A DNA stretch of 64,000 bases, from NCBI GenBank assembly GCA_037447435.1, contig JBBIGR010000004.1:1-64000 (forward strand), read 5' to 3'. The notes under the pieces were generated by a model, which saw nothing but the letters and a program-made list of their open reading frames with translations, did not search any database and was not told the origin of the DNA. This document shows positions 1-10,412 of the stretch, in pieces (the first letter of the stretch is position 1; each line of letters begins with the position of its first letter). A program made the position numbers and the translations under genes. Origin of the DNA: Fibrobacteria bacterium. Lineage in GTDB: Bacteria; Fibrobacterota; Chitinivibrionia; Chitinivibrionales; FEN-1185.

Positions 1-41
1 TGTTACTTAGCACAGAGCATTAAATGGTCTCATTAATATAG

Positions 42-245
42 TCAGAGAGGGATGACATTGATACTTGTATTGTTCAATTGAGGGCATTAGGCTTAATACA
101 AGAAAATGTTAAACAAAGAAGTGTCAAAGACACTGGAACCTATTGGAAATTAACTCCATATGGTGACCTTAAAATGGTTCAACTGAGAGCTCTTAGAAAA
201 CAAGCCGTTGATGACTCAATTCCATCAACGACAACGGGAGAGTAA
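42..245 (+). pseudogene. C-terminal fragment of a DUF4062-type protein, 5'-truncated
   Basis: Frame 3 reads SERDDIDTCIVQLRALGLIQENVKQRSVKDTGTYWKLTPYGDLKMVQLRALRK...GE* (TAA 243-245), resembling the C-terminus I recall for DUF4062 proteins. In-frame stops at 21-23 and 39-41 and stops in the other two + frames block any upstream continuation. Confidence 0.5.
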
Positions 246-488
246 TTTGTGAAAATGCGCGCAAACCAAGAAAGAGTCTGCCTTCAAAATTCTTACAACA
301 GCCCAAGTGATGCAATGGCGGGTTTGAGGCCTTCCGTCGGCGTCTTCGCTTCGCTCCGTCGCGCTGTCTATCGCTGGCAACTTCACAAAAGCTGTAATGT
401 TATTGGTTGCAATGTTTGCGCTAGGAGAAATTATGGGTTTGCGCCAAAGACAATAAAGGCAAAAGATATTTTAAAACCGAAGAGCCGC

Positions 489-504
489 GTACCCCTTCGG
501 GTAC
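489..504. repeat. Short hairpin GTACCC-CTTC-GGGTAC upstream of fic
   Basis: Perfect 6-bp inverted repeat; function unknown. Confidence 0.4.
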
Positions 505-554
505 TTCCAAGGGTCGCTCGAATATAAACAACATGAAATGAAGTTTAAACCGTC

Positions 555-1607
555 ATGCATACATTAAAACAAATTGCCGATAAATTACGGGAAATACCCG
601 CATCCGCAGCATGGTATCTGTCTGACATATCAGAATTTAAGGGTAAGCAAGAACTATATACCCGTCAATCGCCACAAAAATTAAAGGTTTTACGCGAACA
701 TGCCCTTATTGAAAGCGCTGTATCCTCAAACCGAATTGAAGGAGTTGAAATTGATCGCAAACGTATAGGTACCGTTGTCTTTGGAAAGCCTCTTCTAAAA
801 GACCGGGATGAAGAGGAAATTCAGGGATACCGCGATGCACTCGAATGGATTCATTCTCAAAGCAACGAAATTAAAACCAACGAAACTACAATCAAAAAAC
901 TGCATAAGCTGAGTAGAGGTAATATCTGGGATGCGGGAAAATATAAGGAAAAAGACGGTGACATTATAGAGCGGCTGCCTTCGGGTGATACGCATGTTCG
1001 ATTTTCAACGGTTAGCGCAGCTAAGACACCTTCCATGGTCAAGGAAATGATATCCGTTTATTCCGATTTAATCAAGCATCATGAAGTGCATCCTCTTATT
1101 GTAATAGCCGCTTTTAATCTCGATTTTCTTTGTATCCATCCATTCCGGGATGGAAATGGCCGTGTCTCCCGTTTGCTATTGCTTTTACAGCTTTACCATG
1201 TTGACTTTCAGGTCGGCAGGTATATCAGTCTTGAAAGATTGATTGAAGAACACAAGGAACGATATTATGAGTGTCTCCAACTTTCTTCTGAGAATTGGCA
1301 TGATGGAAAACATGATCCCTGGCACTATATTCAATTTTTTCTGTATCTCTTAAAAAAAGCATATCTTGAATTTTCCACACGCATTGATAAAATTGGATTA
1401 CCCAAAGGTGATAAAACCGCATTGGTGATTGAACAGATTCGTAAAATACCGAGTGGGTTTTCATTGTCACAATTACAGGATAAATGTCCGGACGTAAGTT
1501 ATGATATGATCCGTAAAATTCTAAAGGATTTGAAAAATGAAGGACGAGTTTTTGCTAAAGGCAGGGGTATAAGTGCACTTTGGCATAAAAAGGGTAATAC
1601 CCTTTAA
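555..1607 (+). CDS. Fic-family protein (class II AMP-transferase) with C-terminal HTH-like region
   Basis: Complete Fic motif HPFRDGNGRVSR; N-terminal inhibitory motif SNRIEG, matching (S/T)xxxE(G/N). Confidence 0.92.
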   Translation: MHTLKQIADKLREIPASAAWYLSDISEFKGKQELYTRQSPQKLKVLREHALIESAVSSNRIEGVEIDRKRIGTVVFGKPLLKDRDEEEIQGYRDALEWIHSQSNEIKTNETTIKKLHKLSRGNIWDAGKYKEKDGDIIERLPSGDTHVRFSTVSAAKTPSMVKEMISVYSDLIKHHEVHPLIVIAAFNLDFLCIHPFRDGNGRVSRLLLLLQLYHVDFQVGRYISLERLIEEHKERYYECLQLSSENWHDGKHDPWHYIQFFLYLLKKAYLEFSTRIDKIGLPKGDKTALVIEQIRKIPSGFSLSQLQDKCPDVSYDMIRKILKDLKNEGRVFAKGRGISALWHKKGNTL

Positions 1608-1630
1608 TTAGGGTAATAATAAGGGTAATA
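1589..1630. repeat. Three AGGGTAATA direct repeats at the fic 3' end
   Basis: Copies at 1591-1599, 1610-1618 and 1622-1630; the first lies within the palindrome AAAGGGTA-A-TACCCTTT (1589-1605). Confidence 0.8.
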
Positions 1631-1843
1631 TTAATTGAGAACAACTCTTTGCTAAAGTGTCTGGCGTTCTAGTAATGAAATCAATTGAGGGGCGCGGAAA
1701 GACAAAAGAAAAAAGGATGATTCCGGTAATTACCAGAAATCATCCACCGACCGGGAAGTCCCAATCCACTATTAATTATAAACTATTCAAGATATGAAAT
1801 CACATATTTCTTTTGAAGATAAGGTATTTCCACGTTTACGCCC

Positions 1844-2707
1844 CTATCCAAAGCTCTCGATCTTTTCTTTGCATTTTTTCTTCGTCAGCGTCTCCAGTTT
1901 CTTCACTTTATCGCCCAAATACTCAAGTTCTTTTCGAGTAATTTTGTAGCCTTTTTTGTATCGGGCATCGATGTAGGCTTTTTTGAGAAGGTCGAAGAGA
2001 CGCTTTTCTTCTGGTGTGGAATTGGGAATGACTTTTAAGAAATCAGGTTCAGCCGCGTTGACCTGTTTGCCCAGTTTTTCCAAATCATGAATCTTGGGTT
2101 TGTAATGCGTATAAACGAGAAGAACGGTCATATACATTCGCTCGGTAACTTGGTGCAAAAGAAACGCAGCTTCTTTTAAATGCTTTTTGTCCAATGAGAA
2201 TAAAAAATTTTCATAAAAATTCTTCGCGCTTTTAAACCAAATTTTAAAATCTTCTTCGGCAACGTTCTTTCGTTCTTCGGAGCTGAGTTTTCTTGGCTTG
2301 GCAAGTTTTGTTTCGCCGGAATCAAACAATATGATTCCCTGCTTGTAAATATCGGCAAAGAAATACTCGCCAAATTCAATTTTATTATTTAAAAAATCGA
2401 TATCGTGCAGAATGATATTGACCCATGTCTTGCTCGCATGGGCTTTGGTGATTTGGGATTCGAGTTTGTCTTCCGTTCCGCGCCGGTAGGCGTCTCGCGG
2501 ATCCTTGGGCACAACCAAAATATCGTAATCGCTTTTGTATTCGTAGATAACATGGTCTTCAACGTAAGAATCTTCAACCCAATCCCCTCTCGCATACGAA
2601 CCGAACAAAATCACCATATGCGTGTCTATGGTTTCGCAAATCACCTTTGTAATTGCGCGCAGCTCCGAGCGCTTATGAGCCGGAAGATGGGAAAGGGATT
2701 TTTTCAT
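1844..2707 (-). CDS. Nucleotidyltransferase (MNT) - HEPN fusion protein
   Basis: N-terminal ILFGSYARGD...SDYDILVV Pol-beta-type NTase motif; C-terminal HEPN-like AAFLLHQ...HDLEKL...LKKAYIDARY. Confidence 0.88.
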   Translation of the reverse strand: MKKSLSHLPAHKRSELRAITKVICETIDTHMVILFGSYARGDWVEDSYVEDHVIYEYKSDYDILVVPKDPRDAYRRGTEDKLESQITKAHASKTWVNIILHDIDFLNNKIEFGEYFFADIYKQGIILFDSGETKLAKPRKLSSEERKNVAEEDFKIWFKSAKNFYENFLFSLDKKHLKEAAFLLHQVTERMYMTVLLVYTHYKPKIHDLEKLGKQVNAAEPDFLKVIPNSTPEEKRLFDLLKKAYIDARYKKGYKITRKELEYLGDKVKKLETLTKKKCKEKIESFG

Positions 2708-2923
2708 GAAATACCTAGGTTAAAACTATAGACGGTCTAAAAGAAAAAACGATAAATGCAGATGGAATAAATATAATATTAAGGTTGCTTTTATCGTTTG
2801 AATTTTGAGTGATTAAAAATCAAGTAATCAAATTAATCAGGTAAATCCATGTTCAGACAACAGTAAGCTGCATTACATTAGCACAAAGCAATGCAGCCTG
2901 TTCCTTACCCATCTCATTCGTCT

Positions 2924-5088
<2,165 letters not shown>

Positions 5089-5211
5089 TCATGGTATAGA
5101 TTAGGTATCTTATACAATCCGTGAATTTTTGCACATAACAAAAATTTTGGCTAATTTGGTTCGTAGTACTGGTTTATACTTTTCATCTTTAATAAAATAC
5201 GTTGAACACAC

Positions 5212-7098
5212 ATGAAGCTCATAGAATCCATTAATAGTCCTTCCGATTTAAAAAAGATACCGCTCGAACAACTTCCGCAAGTTGCCGAAGAAATCCGCAA
5301 TGTTCTCATTGAAAACGTCAGCCGAAGCGGCGGCCATTTGGCCTCGAGCCTCGGCGCCGTGGACTTGACAATAGCATTGCATTATGTCTTCAATACGCCC
5401 GCGGACAAGCTTGTTTGGGATGTCGGACATCAGGCATATGCCCATAAAATCCTTACTGGTCGCCGGGATAATTTCAGTACCCTGCGGCAATTCAACGGCA
5501 TAAGCGGTTTCCCCCGCATATCCGAAAGTCCTTACGATACCGTTTCGGTCGGACATGCCTCTACTTCCATATCGGCAGCCCTGGGCCTTGCCATGGGACG
5601 CGACCTTAAAAAAGAAAATCATGCGGTTGTGGCAATAATCGGCGACGGATCTCTTTCAGGCGGCCTGGCCTTCGAAGGCCTCAATAATCTCGGCGCAGCC
5701 CAAACCAAAATGATCGTTGTCGTCAACGACAATAAAATGTCGATTTCCAAAAATGTCGGCGCATTGTCCCGATATCTTACCCGCGTCATCACCGATAAAC
5801 GATACAATAAACTCAAAGACGAAGTATGGGAACTTACCGGCAAACTCAACACGTTCGGCAAACGAATCCGTTCCCTCATGCGCAGCATCGACGAAACGGT
5901 CAAGCATTTCGTGATACCGGGCAAGCTGTTCGAAGACATGGGTATGCGTTATTTCGGCCCCATAGACGGACATAACATAAAAGAACTCGTCGAAATCTTA
6001 AAATTTGTCAACGAAAACACCGACGGTCCGGTATTGGTCCATACCATTACGACAAAAGGCAAGGGATATTCCTTTGCCGAAAACGATTCGACGAAATTCC
6101 ACGGCGTGTCCAAATTTTCCATAGACACCGGCGATGTGGTCAAAAACGCAAAAGCAAAGCAAAGCTACAGCGATTTGTTCGGTTCCACGCTTGTCGACAT
6201 AGCGAAAAAACGGTCCGACGTGGTTGCCATTACGGCAGCAATGCCCGACGGCACCGGACTCGCAAAATTCCGCGACGCTTTTCCCGACCGGCTTTTCGAT
6301 GTCGGCATTGCCGAACCGCACGCGGTGACTTTTGCCGCCGGATTGGCGCTTAAAGGTTTAAAACCCGTCGTGGCATTGTATTCGACCTTTTTACAACGCG
6401 CCTACGACCAGCTCATGCACGATGTCGCGCTCGACAATCTGAACGTGGTGTTCTGCATCGACCGCGCCGGAATAGTCGGCGAAGACGGGCCCACGCATCA
6501 CGGCATGTTCGATTTATCGTTTGTCCGGACGGTTCCGAACGCGCTTTTTATGGCGCCCCGAAACGGCACCGAACTCGTCGCCATGCTGCACACCGCAATG
6601 GAATACGCCAAAGGCCCGGTGTTCATCCGCTACGGACGCGGAAGCATTCCCGAAGAGTCAATCGCTTCCGATATCGGCGCTTTACCCTTATATGAACCCG
6701 AAATTATCAAGCAGGGAAAAAACACGGCCCTCATCGCGATCGGCGACATGGTAGCCCCCGCCGTTGCGGCTTCGGATATTCTTGAGGCGCAAGGAATAAG
6801 CCCGACCGTGATCAATGCCCGGTTTGTTAAGCCCTTGTCGCAGGATTTTTACAAAACCCTCTTTGCCTCGTATTCCCATATCGTCACCATGGAAAGCAAC
6901 TCCACGACCGGCGGATTCGGCAGCGGCGTTACGGAATTGGCAAATGCAAGCAATCTCGACAGTGTCCCGCGAATTTTGCAAATCGGCTACCCCGACGTAT
7001 TCATCGAGCACGGCAACAATACGGAACTTTTGAAAAAAATCCGTCTCGATCCCCCGGCCGTCGCACAACGTATCGCCGATTTTGCGTCAAAAAAATAA
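5212..7098 (+). CDS. dxs: 1-deoxy-D-xylulose-5-phosphate synthase
   Basis: GGHLASSLG, WDVGHQAY, GHASTSIS, GDGSLSGG...NDN (ThDP motif), DRAGIVGEDGPTHHG. Confidence 0.97.
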   Translation: MKLIESINSPSDLKKIPLEQLPQVAEEIRNVLIENVSRSGGHLASSLGAVDLTIALHYVFNTPADKLVWDVGHQAYAHKILTGRRDNFSTLRQFNGISGFPRISESPYDTVSVGHASTSISAALGLAMGRDLKKENHAVVAIIGDGSLSGGLAFEGLNNLGAAQTKMIVVVNDNKMSISKNVGALSRYLTRVITDKRYNKLKDEVWELTGKLNTFGKRIRSLMRSIDETVKHFVIPGKLFEDMGMRYFGPIDGHNIKELVEILKFVNENTDGPVLVHTITTKGKGYSFAENDSTKFHGVSKFSIDTGDVVKNAKAKQSYSDLFGSTLVDIAKKRSDVVAITAAMPDGTGLAKFRDAFPDRLFDVGIAEPHAVTFAAGLALKGLKPVVALYSTFLQRAYDQLMHDVALDNLNVVFCIDRAGIVGEDGPTHHGMFDLSFVRTVPNALFMAPRNGTELVAMLHTAMEYAKGPVFIRYGRGSIPEESIASDIGALPLYEPEIIKQGKNTALIAIGDMVAPAVAASDILEAQGISPTVINARFVKPLSQDFYKTLFASYSHIVTMESNSTTGGFGSGVTELANASNLDSVPRILQIGYPDVFIEHGNNTELLKKIRLDPPAVAQRIADFASKK

Positions 7099-7100
7099 TT

Positions 7101-7128
7101 GGAAGGGCGGTTCGCGAATCGCCCTTCC
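7101..7128. terminator. Inverted repeat between convergent dxs and flagellin-like gene (terminator or REP-like)
   Basis: GGAAGGGCGGTTC-GC-GAATCGCCCTTCC immediately after the dxs stop. Confidence 0.65.
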
Positions 7129-7174
7129 GTTTCTTAAAACATTCAATACTATACCCGGAATAACGCTGTCCTTG

Positions 7175-8047
7175 TCACTGGCTTTTTAACCCGTACAGCA
7201 CCAGAACGTTGCGCGCCGACATATTCGATTGCGCGAGCATAGCCAGGGCCGACTGCGACCGGATGTCCGCCGCGGTATACTTTGTCAATTCGTCTGCCTG
7301 GTTGATTTCCATGATGGACTGCTCCGCGCTCTTTTGGTTCGATATGGCCGTATCATTGATATTCGAAAATGCGGTGAGCTGGTCGGAATAACCCGATACG
7401 GTTGCCGTATACGTATTCAAGCTGGTTTGCGCCGCGCTGACCGCGTTTCTTGCCGCCGTGTACGCAAGCGCCGAACTAGCGTACCCCGATTGGTCCGACC
7501 CGATTTGAATGACCGCTGGATTGCTCAGACTTGTCAATTGCGCGGTGGTTACCGCGGGGCTCAGGTTCACCGCGATGCTTGCGCCGGTCGCTCCCGGGCT
7601 CACCGTGATCGTGGCCATGGGATTGGCGCCATTGTTAAGCGGCACGTAACTTCCCATTGTCGTATTGTTCCTGATGCTTTGAATTTCCGTCGCTTTCTGC
7701 AGAAATTCCGCCTGATAGCCGTCTTTCTGATTGTTGTCCGTCGACTGTTGGGACAAATTGATCAGTTCGTTCATCCGCTGCAAATCCGTGTTTATGGAAT
7801 CCGAGGCCGTTTGCGCGGTCGAAAGCACGCCTTTAAAATCGCTAATGTTCTGGTTGATGTTTTCATAACTGTCATAACTGGTTTTCAGGTTCATCGCATG
7901 AGTATAACCGCCCAAATCGTCTCCGGCGGTATTGATCCGCTTGCCCGAAGCAAGACGCAGCAACGAGTCCGACAGTTGCTGCTGAGACTTATTGTAAATA
8001 CCGCCGATGGCCGATGCATTCGCAAAAACAGCCGCGAGCATTCCCAT
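7175..8047 (-). CDS. Flagellin-like protein (second gene of pair)
   Basis: Flagellin N-domain RLASGKRINTAGDD and LQRMNEL; C-domain QSALAMLAQSN; RBS AAAGGAGG upstream. Confidence 0.88.
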   Translation of the reverse strand: MGMLAAVFANASAIGGIYNKSQQQLSDSLLRLASGKRINTAGDDLGGYTHAMNLKTSYDSYENINQNISDFKGVLSTAQTASDSINTDLQRMNELINLSQQSTDNNQKDGYQAEFLQKATEIQSIRNNTTMGSYVPLNNGANPMATITVSPGATGASIAVNLSPAVTTAQLTSLSNPAVIQIGSDQSGYASSALAYTAARNAVSAAQTSLNTYTATVSGYSDQLTAFSNINDTAISNQKSAEQSIMEINQADELTKYTAADIRSQSALAMLAQSNMSARNVLVLYGLKSQ

Positions 8048-8092
8048 TGTGTCCTCCTTTTAAAATTTTTACCTCTATTTTTTATCTCTCGG

Positions 8093-8950
8093 TTACATGC
8101 CGTTAAACAGGGCAAGAACGCTCCGGTTCGACAAATTCGCCTGCGCAAGCATTGCCATCGCAGCCTGCGACTGAATGCTTGCCGACGTATACGTCGCAAG
8201 TTCTTCGGCATCGTTTGTGTCCGAAACCGCCGATATCGCGCCTGCCAAATTCGTTTTTGCCGCGCTGCAAACATTGTAATACGAGTCAAGCGTCGATGAA
8301 AACGACCCTGCCGTCGATATATAGGTATTCGCATTGGTAAGCGCGGTTTGCACCGCGGTCCGGGCTGCCGTATAATCCGCGGCAACCGCGGTATGGTCAA
8401 GCAGCAGCGTTCCGCCGTTGCTCGTTGTTTTTAATGCGGTCAAATTTGCGGGCACTATGGCCTGTGCCGCGAATTGTATCGCAAATGCCGAACCTGCCGA
8501 ATAGCTCGGGTCCAAATAAACGGTACCCAATGTAGCCACCGAGTTGAGCATGTTTTGGCCGTTATAACTCGTATTTGTCACGAGTTGATTTACCTTCGTG
8601 TATAGCTGCGTAAACTCGCTTTGATATGCGTCTTTTGAGTTGTTGTCGGTCGACTGTTGCGACAAATTGATCAATTCGTTCATGCGTTGCAGCGAATTCG
8701 ACACTTCCGTTGCCGTGGATGATGCAACGCCCATGGCGCCTTTCCATTCGGCCAGGCTGCTCATGATATCGTCGTAGCCGTTCGATTGTATGGTCAGGTT
8801 TTGTGCGTGCATATACCCGCCGATATCGTCCGACGGTGATGTAAATTTGTTCCCCGTCGACAAACGCATCATGGATTTGCCCATAGCGATGTTGTTCTGA
8901 TAATAAAAATTGGAAATGTTCTGGGTTGCTGATGAAAGTGAAGAAACCAT
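8093..8950 (-). CDS. Flagellin-like protein (first gene of pair), 285 aa
   Basis: RLSTGNKFTSPSDD, LQRMNEL, TSYNGQNMLN, SQAAMAMLAQAN. Start reassigned to ATG 8950, 4 nt after GGGAGG. Confidence 0.88.
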   Translation of the reverse strand: MVSSLSSATQNISNFYYQNNIAMGKSMMRLSTGNKFTSPSDDIGGYMHAQNLTIQSNGYDDIMSSLAEWKGAMGVASSTATEVSNSLQRMNELINLSQQSTDNNSKDAYQSEFTQLYTKVNQLVTNTSYNGQNMLNSVATLGTVYLDPSYSAGSAFAIQFAAQAIVPANLTALKTTSNGGTLLLDHTAVAADYTAARTAVQTALTNANTYISTAGSFSSTLDSYYNVCSAAKTNLAGAISAVSDTNDAEELATYTSASIQSQAAMAMLAQANLSNRSVLALFNGM

Positions 8951-9181
8951 AAGACCTCCCTTGTGTGTGTGTGACTTCCCTGTCTTCCCGCTCGAGCTTC
9001 CCCGCAGAGCAGGCGACGAATATTGACAAATAAGAATTATCGACCGTGTTTTTCCGCTTCCCCTTTGCCCGCATTTTACAGGCGTTTTCGACATGGCGAT
9101 GGCCGTTACCGAAACCTTCTCCTCAGAGAAGCCCGGCATCCTTCAATGCCAAACCATGACGTTAGTTGTTATGTAATGAGA

Positions 9182-9211
9182 TCAAACGGAAGAATGTATA
9201 GTGGTATGCAT
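9182..9211 (-). other. Mini-ORF MHTTIHSSV* behind a strong RBS
   Basis: GGGAGG-5 nt-ATG(9211)...TGA(9182-9184). Confidence 0.5.
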
Positions 9212-9319
9212 AAAAACCTCCCTTGTGTGTGATAATGACGTCCCTATCGACGCAATAGCGCTTCCCCACGCAATTGCGCCCGTATCGAAAAAACTGCATT
9301 GACTGTTTTGTAAAGTACT

Positions 9320-9346
9320 TTACGGAGTATTACGAAGAATGTTCAT
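9320..9346 (-). other. Mini-ORF MNILRNTP* behind a strong RBS
   Basis: GGGAGG-5 nt-ATG(9346)...TAA(9320-9322). Confidence 0.5.
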
Positions 9347-9488
9347 GCGGACCTCCCTTGTGTGACAAAACTATTCAACCCCGTTTTTGGCAAAGCTTCC
9401 CCGAATTGCCGGAAACGGTCTATTTTCTTTTTTTTCAGCTGTAGGAGATTCGACTTGCGTCCGATCCTCTATAGCTTCCCCGTTTATT

Positions 9489-9515
9489 TTATCGGCAGAT
9501 ACGGCAATTACTTGA
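9489..9515 (-). promoter_or_regulatory. Sigma28 (FliA/SigD)-type promoter
   Basis: TCAAGTAA-N11-GCCGATAA versus consensus TAAAGTTT-N11-GCCGATAA; exact -10 box and spacing; points toward the flagellin-like genes. Confidence 0.8.
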
Positions 9516-9567
9516 GCGGAAAAAAAATAAAAAAGAAGAATTTATTAGCAGCCTTAAGTAGCGTGAG

Positions 9568-9669
9568 AAACAGAACTGTTCCCGTCTCAGCCTAAGGACG
9601 GGGATCCCTAACTCGTCCCATGAAATGGGACGAGTTAGGGATGGCCATGAGACGGGAATAGTTCTGTTT
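9568..9669. repeat. Nested long inverted repeat (MITE/REPIN-like)
   Basis: Outer 22-bp arms AAACAGAACT(G/A)TTCCCGTCTCA with one mismatch; inner perfect 18-bp stem at 9604-9642. Confidence 0.8.
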
Positions 9670-9713
9670 ATAAATTGCTTAGTAAAATGATTAGGCTTAG
9701 GATAATGCAGCCG

Positions 9714-10394
9714 TCACGGGCGATTGAGCCCGAAGAAGATAAAACCGTACGCGTAGGCGATCGATTCGGCGATAACGGCCCTCACGCCCGCACTGTACCG
9801 GTACCAATGATTTTTGTCGTAAGAATTATCGTTGCAGGCAATTTCACCGATGGAATACTGTTTTCCCAAAACCTTTGCAAAGAGCAAATGCGAGCGCCTC
9901 GTATGACAACCAATGGAAAACAAATTAAAAACAGTGTCCCTGCGGTTGTTTTTTTCCAGCCATTTTTGCACGGCAAGTGCAGAGGCAAAGGTCCGGTCCT
10001 TTTCAACATATCCGGCATCGACGGCATACACTTTGGAACTGTCGATACCGAGTTTTCGTAATGTCAAAGCGCCAAGCTCGGCGAAGTTTTTGTACCCGCA
10101 TAAATAACTGCCGATATCAAGCGGCCCGCCCGTGGAAAGGCAATAGGCGTACGAATGCGTTTTAAACTCTTGCGCAGCCTGTTCCAATGCGTAATCCGGC
10201 AACCATCCTTCGACGATCAGGACTTGCGCGTTTTTCGGGGTAACGGGTGATAAAAAGGAATGGATGTTTTTAAGAAACAAAAAGAATCCAGCGGTACAAA
10301 GCACAAAAATCATCAGCCAGGTCGCAATGCCGGGAACCCAAATTTCGCGTCGCTTAAAAAACGGATTACTTTTCAGCATGGTCGATTTGCGCAT
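9714..10394 (-). CDS. DUF218 / YdcF-ElyC-like membrane-anchored protein
   Basis: N-terminal TM; LIVEGW, STGG, DRTFASA, HTRRS, VIAE motifs. Confidence 0.75.
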   Translation of the reverse strand: MRKSTMLKSNPFFKRREIWVPGIATWLMIFVLCTAGFFLFLKNIHSFLSPVTPKNAQVLIVEGWLPDYALEQAAQEFKTHSYAYCLSTGGPLDIGSYLCGYKNFAELGALTLRKLGIDSSKVYAVDAGYVEKDRTFASALAVQKWLEKNNRRDTVFNLFSIGCHTRRSHLLFAKVLGKQYSIGEIACNDNSYDKNHWYRYSAGVRAVIAESIAYAYGFIFFGLNRP

Positions 10395-10412
10395 CGGTAT
10401 AAAGCGGTATGG

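Larger units (their letters stand above)
8951..9482 (-). promoter_or_regulatory. Long GGA-rich structured 5' leader (putative multi-site CsrA/RsmA-binding RNA)
   Basis: 16 GGA on the - strand; 5x GGGGAAGC; 3x CACACAAGGGAGGT; ACAGGGAAGT matches the (A/U)CANGGANG(U/A) consensus; many GGA lie in short hairpin loops. Confidence 0.7.

Noticed and set aside
249..527. 92-aa ORF upstream of fic
   Set aside because: No recognisable motif; it spans palindromic non-coding-like sequence.
576..583. GCCGATAA sigma28 -10 box
   Set aside because: Lies inside the fic coding sequence with no plausible flagellar target downstream.
7229..8299. 356-aa + strand ORF
   Set aside because: Antisense shadow of the flagellin-like genes.
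8951..9139. 63-aa N-terminal extension of the flagellin-like ORF in the ORF track
   Set aside because: Not flagellin-like; it runs through the leader motifs, and a strong RBS precedes ATG 8950.
8954..9364. CRISPR array from the ACCTCCCTTGTGTG repeats
   Set aside because: Repeats are only 14 nt with uneven periods (262 and 135 nt), no cas genes are present, and they are explained as RBS modules.
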